A stretch of DNA of 63,837 nucleotides from a virus (Duplodnaviria; Caudoviricetes): IMG/VR virus record IMGVR_UViG_3300032289_001441, positions 1-63,837 of that record; one strand, written 5' to 3'. Every line of letters starts with the position of its first letter. Position 1 is the stretch's first letter. The position numbers and the translations under genes are program-made. Below the pieces are notes generated by a model. It worked only from the letters and a program-made list of their open reading frames with translations. It was not told the origin of the DNA and made no database searches. Positions 57,203-63,837 of this stretch are shown one piece after another.

Positions 57203-57311
57203 GCATCGGAGTTCCACTCGTCCGACATATCTCCGAGTGTCTCCGCAGCGAACATGAGGGCTTGGGCGACGATCGCGATTGCTATTGCGATGGCTGCGAG
57301 AAGTTTCGAGA

Positions 57312-57581
57312 TCAAGCTCCAACCTCGATGTAAACGCCGTCAGCGAACTGGTAAATCCGCGAGCTATCAGACGCAAGATAAAGCAGGCTCGCCAGCCCGA
57401 CTGCCGGGAACGACGCCGTGCTGGCGAATCTAGCAATCGAAGAAAAAGTCGCCACCGCACCAGCACCGGATCGATAAAACAGACGACCGTCGGCTTGGTT
57501 CACGGCGATGACGCCGTTCCCGAGCGAACTGGGCGTGTTTCCAGCCGTGTTGCTGTACGGATTGCGAACGACGTTTGCCAC
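57312..57581 (-). CDS. Small tail fibre-associated protein
   Basis: Paralogous to 61111-61401 (FP.VG..LY.A.D.SR..GVY.E.G). Confidence 0.65.
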   Translation of the reverse strand: MANVVRNPYSNTAGNTPSSLGNGVIAVNQADGRLFYRSGAGAVATFSSIARFASTASFPAVGLASLLYLASDSSRIYQFADGVYIEVGA

Positions 57582-57583
57582 GG

Positions 57584-58291
57584 TCAGAACGTCCCAGAGT
57601 CGATCGTGATATTGTCGATGCTGCCGCCCGTGATGTTCACGTTATTCGCGGCCTGAGTCGCCATGCCGCCGAGGCCGAGGTTCGTGCGAGCGGCGGCTAC
57701 GTCGGCGAGATCAGAGAGGTTCGACGCCTTGGCGAGCTTGCCGCCGATGCTCGCCGAGATCGTCGTGGAGAAGCTGGCGTCACTCCCTAAAGCGGTCGCG
57801 AGTTCTGCCAGTGTGTTGAGGGCTTCCGGTGCCCCGTTTACGAGGTTCGCCACTGCCGTCATGACGAACGAGGTGTTCGCTATCTTCGTGGATGAGTCGC
57901 CCGCCGTCACGTTGGGGGTCGTGGGCGATCCGGTAAGGCCCGGAGATGCCAGCGGCGCATATGTGCTGCTCGCAGAAGCCTGCGAGAGATAGGTGCTGCT
58001 CGCAGATGAGATCGTCAGGTATGTTGATCCAGCGGTAGCGGTGGTCAGGTAGTTCGCGAGTTGCGACGACACGTCCACGGCAGCGACCGCCGAGGTGACA
58101 TAGCTCTTCGTAGCGAACGTCCCGTCGCCGCCTATGACGATTACGCTTGTTGCATTCCCGTCTTGGCCCAGACCCTTGCCATACATCAGGTTGCCGTCCA
58201 CCTCATTGAACGCAAGCTCACCGTTGAGGAGCGTAGCTGGCGCCCCCGGCTGGCCGCTAACCCGCCTCTTAATTCTGATTCGATTCGCCAC
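57584..58291 (-). CDS. Tail fibre protein
   Basis: GELAFN, IANT.FV, APEALNTL.ELA.ALG, NLSDL..AAR.NLGL motifs. Confidence 0.8.
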   Translation of the reverse strand: MANRIRIKRRVSGQPGAPATLLNGELAFNEVDGNLMYGKGLGQDGNATSVIVIGGDGTFATKSYVTSAVAAVDVSSQLANYLTTATAGSTYLTISSASSTYLSQASASSTYAPLASPGLTGSPTTPNVTAGDSSTKIANTSFVMTAVANLVNGAPEALNTLAELATALGSDASFSTTISASIGGKLAKASNLSDLADVAAARTNLGLGGMATQAANNVNITGGSIDNITIDSGTF

Positions 58292-58303
58292 GATGCTTGC
58301 TCC

Positions 58304-58594
58304 TTAAAAGTTGCCAGCGTCGACAACCACGTCACGCTCTGGGTAGTTTTGCCACTTGCCGCCGCTGCCGTATCGAAGGAGGTCGCCCTCCGCGACGTTG
58401 CTCAACTGCACGTCACTCGCCGCTGATAGCGCGTTGCCGGGAGGGCCGATCACGCCTTGCGGCCCCTGTGGCCCGATGCCGCCGCCTGCCGTGGCCTCGA
58501 CGACTGACGATCCGACGGTCGCGGAGATGCCCCCCGAGGCGGCGACGGTCGCCGTGATCGGCTGCGAGTTGACTGTCGCGGTGATGTTGCTCAT
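58304..58594 (-). CDS. Tail-associated protein with short collagen-like stretch
   Basis: GPQGPQG..GPPG; GD.L.Y..W.N. Confidence 0.65.
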   Translation of the reverse strand: MSNITATVNSQPITATVAASGGISATVGSSVVEATAGGGIGPQGPQGVIGPPGNALSAASDVQLSNVAEGDLLRYGSGGKWQNYPERDVVVDAGNF

Positions 58595-58914
58595 GCGTAG
58601 ACCTCTACGGTTCCACTGAGGGCCGTTCGCTGCACGCTGCCGGGAGCAGTCCAGTCGAGTTGCCACCCGTATGTGCCAGCCGCGAGCGAGGCAGTCTGCG
58701 TGTCGGTGAGACTCACGGAGACTTGCCCTGCGGCGGCGTCTGCCAAGGTGGTCGTGAAGGGAATCACGGTCGCTCCGGTGACGAGACTCGTCACGTTGGC
58801 TGAGACTGAGTAGGAAGCCAGCGACACGTTGAAGTCGATGAGAGTCGAGAAGTCGCCGCTCTTTTTGAATGCCAGATTCATCGTTCCCGGCAGCAGGCTG
58901 AATGTGTTAGTCAC
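58591..58914 (-). CDS. Tail/baseplate-associated protein (BppU-like)
   Basis: G.V..SLT..QT..L..G.Y.W.L; L.G.V.V motifs. Confidence 0.6.
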   Translation of the reverse strand: MTNTFSLLPGTMNLAFKKSGDFSTLIDFNVSLASYSVSANVTSLVTGATVIPFTTTLADAAAGQVSVSLTDTQTASLAAGTYGWQLDWTAPGSVQRTALSGTVEVYA

Positions 58915-59075
58915 TGCACTCCCTCCTCCAGTTGCTCGATCTCTCGCCTCCGCTCAACGGCCATCCGCACCACCGCGTGCGCCTCTGCCAACGCTCGCGG
59001 CAACACGCTCGCAGCACGCCACAGGCAGTAGCTGCCGATGGTGGAGCAGATCAGGAGTTCAAGGAGGTGTTTCAT
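58911..59075 (-). CDS. Small membrane protein
   Basis: Manual translation MKHLLELLICSTIG..., coupled on both sides. Confidence 0.45.
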   Translation of the reverse strand: MKHLLELLICSTIGSYCLWRAASVLPRALAEAHAVVRMAVERRREIEQLEEGVQ

Positions 59076-61102
59076 TACTCAGCCCACACGGTCACGCCGC
59101 CGTTTAGTTGATGATCGCCTGCGCTATTGCAAGATTTTCGCCATCTGACCTTTTGCCCAGCAGAAATGCTGGCCGTGACATTAAAGCTGCCTCGCCCAAT
59201 AAACAGCGTAGAAACGACAGAACTAAGTGCGTTGTTCCAAATCTGGATTTCCATAAGGTCATCAGTGTCGCCCGAGTTGTCGGTGGTGCTTCCAGACGCT
59301 CGGAAGGTGGCGGTTGCCAGTGCCTCAAAAACGAACGGGAAAATTTCGTTGCAACCATTGCGGGATATTGCCGACCCGCGAGTGAATTTGGATGCGGCGG
59401 TACCTGAGCCAGTCCAGTTCGCAGTGTCGCTGCCGCTAATCGCAAGCAGAACGCTGTTCGGCGTTCCCGTCGCCGTGCCACTATACGTTCCCGTGCCAAC
59501 CGCACTCACGCCAGCAACTCTCACCGTGTATGCCGTGCCGTTAGTCAAGCCGGTCAGCGTGTAGCTAGTGCTTGTGCTCCCGGTGGACACAGTTTGAGCC
59601 GAGCCGCCTGACGGCGTGTATTCCACGGTGTATCCGCTGATAGCAGACGTGCCGGGTGCAGACGGTGCCGTCCACGCGAGCGATAGCTGTGCGTTGCCTG
59701 CCGTGGCCGTGAGAGATGTCGGTGCGTTGGGAGGTGTTCCAGCAATCGGCGTGACGCTGCTACTTGCAGCCGTGTATGTGCCAGTGCCATTGCTGTTCAT
59801 CCCTGCCACTCGGAACACATACGCGGTTCCATTCGTCAATCCCGTCACCACTTGGCTTGCAGTAGTAGACGCGGTGCGGCTGAACGTCGTCCAAGTTGAT
59901 CCAGAGTTGCTGCTGAACTGTACGGAGTAATCGGTGATCGCGCTGCCGCCGTTGTATGACGGTGCCGTCCATGTCAGCGACACCTGTGCGTTGCCGCCAG
60001 TCGCTGCCAGCGAAGTCGGGGCAGACATTGGCCCAACGTCAGGGAACGCCGCTGTCGGGACTGTGATTGTCGCGCTCGTGTACGAGCGATTGTTGCCGAC
60101 GGTCCATCGAAACTCGTCTATAAAACCGTTCAGCGACGTGCCTCCGGCTTGTGAGCCGATCCAAACGGAGCTTGGATTTGCTACCCAACTGGTGCTATCT
60201 GTCACCGTCCCGACCAGAGTGCCATCGATATACAGACGATTCGTTGAGCCGGTTCGGCTGACAGCAATGTGCTGAAAGGTGTTTGCCGAGAACGACAGCG
60301 AGCCAAACTGGACGGGCCAATTCGTGTTTGCGCCGCCCATCCACAATTGACCGCTGCCTGACAGATTTATGCCCAGCATGAGGTAGCCGTTTGCGTTGAC
60401 ATTTCCTCCGATGATCCAGCCCTGCGCTGTAGCGGATGCAAGATTCTGCCACCACTCTATGCAGAAATCACCGCTCATGTTCAGGGCAGAGCTTCCAGCG
60501 ACGGCGATGTATTGTCCACTTCCGGCAATGCTGAACGATCCGCTGCCGTACTTCTTGGTCGAAGTGCTGACGCTCGCTCCGCTCGCCGTGACAGTGCGAG
60601 CGTAGGACGAGGAATCAGCCAGCGAGTCGGCACGGAGCAACAGTTGGACGCTACCAAACAGCGGATCGCCCGCTGTGGGCGTGACCGCACTTGATGCAGC
60701 CGTATACGCCCCCACGCCTACACCGTTGACCGCAGCCACGCGGAAACGCACTGCCTGTCCGTTGCTCAGTCCCGTGACGGTCGCGGTAGTTGCCGTCGAT
60801 GCCGCCGCCGTAAACGTGGTCCACGTCGCTCCGTTGTCGGTGCTGAACTGCTCCCGGTAGTCCGTGATAGGTGCCTGTGCGATCACGCCAGTCGGAGCAG
60901 TCCATGAGAGCGATGCCTGCGCGTTGCCTTCGGTTACGGTGAGTCCGGTGGGTGCAGGCGGCACGAACAATGCACGCAGCACAGCGTCCTCGCCGCCACT
61001 CGCAGCAAGTTCCCAGACATTATTGCCCGCGTATGTGTAGCTTCGCCCGTTTTGCGTGCTGGTCGCGCCGATTGACGGGTTGCTCGGGAATGAGAATGGC
61101 AT
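59075..61102 (-). CDS. Fibronectin type III plus LamG/ConA-like lectin virion protein
   Basis: Three FN3 repeats (L.WTAP..ITDY..GL.NG..Y.FRV) around DF.IE.W..HIA..R..LYIDG..G.IDE.R. Confidence 0.85.
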   Translation of the reverse strand: MPFSFPSNPSIGATSTQNGRSYTYAGNNVWELAASGGEDAVLRALFVPPAPTGLTVTEGNAQASLSWTAPTGVIAQAPITDYREQFSTDNGATWTTFTAAASTATTATVTGLSNGQAVRFRVAAVNGVGVGAYTAASSAVTPTAGDPLFGSVQLLLRADSLADSSSYARTVTASGASVSTSTKKYGSGSFSIAGSGQYIAVAGSSALNMSGDFCIEWWQNLASATAQGWIIGGNVNANGYLMLGINLSGSGQLWMGGANTNWPVQFGSLSFSANTFQHIAVSRTGSTNRLYIDGTLVGTVTDSTSWVANPSSVWIGSQAGGTSLNGFIDEFRWTVGNNRSYTSATITVPTAAFPDVGPMSAPTSLAATGGNAQVSLTWTAPSYNGGSAITDYSVQFSSNSGSTWTTFSRTASTTASQVVTGLTNGTAYVFRVAGMNSNGTGTYTAASSSVTPIAGTPPNAPTSLTATAGNAQLSLAWTAPSAPGTSAISGYTVEYTPSGGSAQTVSTGSTSTSYTLTGLTNGTAYTVRVAGVSAVGTGTYSGTATGTPNSVLLAISGSDTANWTGSGTAASKFTRGSAISRNGCNEIFPFVFEALATATFRASGSTTDNSGDTDDLMEIQIWNNALSSVVSTLFIGRGSFNVTASISAGQKVRWRKSCNSAGDHQLNGGVTVWAE

Positions 61103-61110
61103 GATGACCT

Positions 61111-61401
61111 CTAGTTACCGATCTCGACATAGACTCCAGACGAATCGAACCGAAACACTCGACTCGTGTCAGTTGCGATGTACAGCGTGCCGCTGGCCCC
61201 GACTTCGGGGAACCCCGCCGTGGTCGCTGCTTCGACGATGTTCGCGGAGCCGCCGCCACCGGAGCCGACGGCCACCGGCTGGTTTGATGCGTTGCCGATG
61301 TACAAACGCCCGTCTGCGGCATTCCACGCCGGTTCCCCGTAGCTCAACGTGGGAGTTGAGCCAGCGACGTTCGAGCGTTTTACTTTTACGATTTTTGGCA
61401 T
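61111..61401 (-). CDS. Small tail fibre-associated protein
   Basis: KRS.V.G..P.L.YGE..N..DG.LY.G N-terminus. Confidence 0.7.
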   Translation of the reverse strand: MPKIVKVKRSNVAGSTPTLSYGEPAWNAADGRLYIGNASNQPVAVGSGGGGSANIVEAATTAGFPEVGASGTLYIATDTSRVFRFDSSGVYVEIGN

Positions 61402-63837
61402 CAGGGCACCGTAAGAGTTGCGGCGTTGCTGTTCACGGTCGTGTAGCTGGCCTTGCTAAAGACCGCTCGATACCTCTTGCCGCTATCGGCAGAAACAGGC
61501 GTGAGCGAGAGCGGGCTGCTGACGGCCCCGCTGATGTCAGTCCATGTCGCACCGCCGTCAGACGACTGCTGCCACTGGATGGCAGGAGAGCCGAATGTCG
61601 TCGTGGCGGACGAAGAGAACGTCGCGGAGAGGATACCGCCAGTGTCGATGAGCGACCCTCCGATCGACGCGGATTGGGTCGAAGATGGGCTTCCTGCTTC
61701 AAGCAGTACCTTTTGGGAGGCAGAGACAGGCAAACTCCCGAGTTCGTTAGCGGCGGTCATCGAAAACGTGCGAGTCGTCCACGACAACCCTTGGTCGTCC
61801 GACGTGTAGATGGTTCTGTTGTTTGCTGTGCCGGTCGGCACATACATTACACGAGAGCCGCTGACGAAGAATCTGCCGCTAGTCTGACCTTGGGCGACTA
61901 AGTAAATCGATGCGGATTGACGCAACGCCCAGCTCGCCCCCGCGTCGTTGCTCGTGTAAAAGCCAAGGCTACCCGCCGCCACAAGTCGCGAGCCGACGAC
62001 TGCGACCGCCATGTCGTAACTGCTCCCCGGCAAATCGCACGCCGTCACAGTCGGAGTTGTTGCGTTCGCGTTCGCGTAAGACAGAAGAAAAATGGAGCGT
62101 GAGTTTGTATACTCGCCGTAAACGGCAAAGTAATTCTCAGCCAGAGCGTCAAAGCGAGTCAGACCGAACGAACCGCTTGCACCAGTAGAAAAAATGTTTG
62201 TAACTACAGGCTGACCCAAACCAATTCGCGTTCTAATATTATGCCCAATGACGTTGCCGTCGATCGTGTAGTCAGCATACGAGACGATCCTGTTGCCAGA
62301 CTGCGCCAGTAGCGACTCGGACTCGCCGCCCCAGCATTGAGTCCACGTCACACCGTCGGCTGAAGACGCCGAGCCTGTGCTTGTGTACGCCGTGTTGACT
62401 ATCAGAAACCCAGAACCCGGCACTGAGATCACGCTAATGTAACGATTGTTGTTACTACTAGCCCCATAAAAAACTTGACTACTTCGCGGCGTCCACGTCA
62501 CGCCGTCAGTGCTGGTAGCATACTGCGTCCCTGACGATGGAACTGGCAGGCGATTGGTCAGGTAGACGCCGTCGTAGTAAGCCACACGCGACCAGCGTGC
62601 CGCCACGGGCAGTGCGAAATTCTGCCTAGTCCAGTTAATTCCGTCGCTTGAGGTGGCGATGTAGTCGCCACCGTAGTCGGCGTTGTTTGGAGTGGCAAAC
62701 CATTTGCCGCCAACAAAGCTTATGCCTTCCCACGAACCAGTCGGCAGGCTGAACGCGGTTGACGAGAACTGCGACACGCTCGCCGTCGTATTGCTGGGCT
62801 GCTGCGACACGGTTATGACATCTGTGGGTACAGTCAGAGTGGCTGCATTCGACCGCACCGTGTTCCAGCCAGACTTTGTGAACTTCGCCCGATACCTCTT
62901 CCCGGTGTCGCTGCTCGTCAATCCGGTCAACGCCAGCGATGAGCCTGTCTGACCGCTCAAGTCTGAGTAGTTCGATCCGCCGTCGGTCGAGATTTCCCAC
63001 TGGATAGTCGGTGCCCCTGCGGGCGACGAGGCCGCAGACGTGAAGGAGGCAGAGTAATTAGGGGTGGTGCCCGCGACCGGCTGGCCGGTCTGGCTGGATG
63101 GCTGAGTCGTGACGCTGATCGGTGCCACTGCGAGAGTCGCCGCGTTGCTCGTGGCGTCTGAGTAGCCGCTCGAAGACACGATGCAGCGATACCGATAGCC
63201 GTTGTATCCGGTCTCGGTGATGCCAGAGAGCGCGTAGCTGGCCGAGGTCGCTCCAGTGATGTTCGTCCAGTTCGTGCCGTCTGGCGACGACTGCCACTGA
63301 TAGGACAACCCAGTGCCGGGTGTCGTGGCCGAGACGGCGAAAGTAGCTGACGTGCCGTTCGTGAGAGAGACGTTCTGCGGCTGGACGATGATCGAGATCG
63401 ACGCAGAGATAGTCAGCGTAGCCTCGCCGCTGGTCAGCGTTGCCGTCGGAGTCAGTTCCACGACCACCGCCGGGAGCCAGCCATTGACCGCAGTACCTCC
63501 GGTTCCGGCAGAGCCGCTGGTGATAATCACGCGATACTTGTCGCCGTTGTTCGCTGCGAAGCTCAAGTCTGCGAGCGAAAGGGTCGCCGAGAGTCCAGTG
63601 GCAATGTTCGTCCACGATCCCGCACCGCCCGCCTGCCTCTGCCACTGATAGAGGAGTTCTGCGTTTTGGGTTGCAGACGCCGTGACGCTAAAAGTCGCTG
63701 CACCAGCCACCGCCGTCTGGTTGCTTGGCTGCACCGAGATCGTGATCGTCGGAGTCGTCCAGTCTTCGATCGACGTTCGACGCCACTGATCCGCACCGCT
63801 TGCTACATAGAGATAGTCTGAGTCGTAGCTGAGTGCC
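61401..63837 (-). CDS. Partial large Ig-like/beta-propeller tail protein (start outside window)
   Basis: Repeated QP..., YQWQ, G.KYR, A.LT Ig-like units; S.DG.TW (BNR-like) repeats. Confidence 0.8.
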   Translation of the reverse strand, partial: ALSYDSDYLYVASGADQWRRTSIEDWTTPTITISVQPSNQTAVAGAATFSVTASATQNAELLYQWQRQAGGAGSWTNIATGLSATLSLADLSFAANNGDKYRVIITSGSAGTGGTAVNGWLPAVVVELTPTATLTSGEATLTISASISIIVQPQNVSLTNGTSATFAVSATTPGTGLSYQWQSSPDGTNWTNITGATSASYALSGITETGYNGYRYRCIVSSSGYSDATSNAATLAVAPISVTTQPSSQTGQPVAGTTPNYSASFTSAASSPAGAPTIQWEISTDGGSNYSDLSGQTGSSLALTGLTSSDTGKRYRAKFTKSGWNTVRSNAATLTVPTDVITVSQQPSNTTASVSQFSSTAFSLPTGSWEGISFVGGKWFATPNNADYGGDYIATSSDGINWTRQNFALPVAARWSRVAYYDGVYLTNRLPVPSSGTQYATSTDGVTWTPRSSQVFYGASSNNNRYISVISVPGSGFLIVNTAYTSTGSASSADGVTWTQCWGGESESLLAQSGNRIVSYADYTIDGNVIGHNIRTRIGLGQPVVTNIFSTGASGSFGLTRFDALAENYFAVYGEYTNSRSIFLLSYANANATTPTVTACDLPGSSYDMAVAVVGSRLVAAGSLGFYTSNDAGASWALRQSASIYLVAQGQTSGRFFVSGSRVMYVPTGTANNRTIYTSDDQGLSWTTRTFSMTAANELGSLPVSASQKVLLEAGSPSSTQSASIGGSLIDTGGILSATFSSSATTTFGSPAIQWQQSSDGGATWTDISGAVSSPLSLTPVSADSGKRYRAVFSKASYTTVNSNAATLTVP

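Noticed and set aside
57203-63837. Diversity-generating retroelement or invertible tail-fibre shufflon
   Set aside because: No reverse transcriptase, no TR/VR pair, and no inverted fibre segments or crossover repeats seen near the recombinase.
1-63837. tRNA/rRNA genes or host chromosomal flanks
   Set aside because: None recognised by eye; both ends lie in phage tail genes. A tRNAscan-SE run would be needed to exclude tRNAs.

Overview
Near-complete, circularly permuted genome of a GC-rich tailed dsDNA phage (HK97-fold head, long non-contractile tail). Both window ends fall inside tail genes. The host is unknown; the gene content is reminiscent of aquatic Planctomycetota phages (inference). 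The minus strand carries packaging, head and tail genes (1-20.5 kb and 57.3-63.8 kb), a replication module (SNF2 helicase, SSB-like, primase-polymerase, UvrD-like helicase), auxiliary genes (CsrA, PhoH, GNAT, glycosyltransferases, methyltransferase, papain-like protease) and a packaging-type HNH. A tyrosine recombinase lies on the plus strand. The most striking feature is a ~15 kb plus-strand island (20.8-35.9 kb) between the HNH gene and terS. It holds ~35 mostly small ORFans plus a beta-clamp homolog, GP88-like, SWIM and ASCH genes. Most ORFs are preceded by a modular intergenic element: a GC hairpin with a conserved GGCRCGTTGCC apex and co-varying stems, a CCCCG-N5-GGAAAC-like box and a GAGGAAACGAGACG-ATG leader. 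Several single genes are flanked by near-identical copies of this element, and two related HTH genes bracket the array. This looks like a gene-cassette array at a probable genome terminus. All product calls come from reading motifs by eye; no database searches were run.
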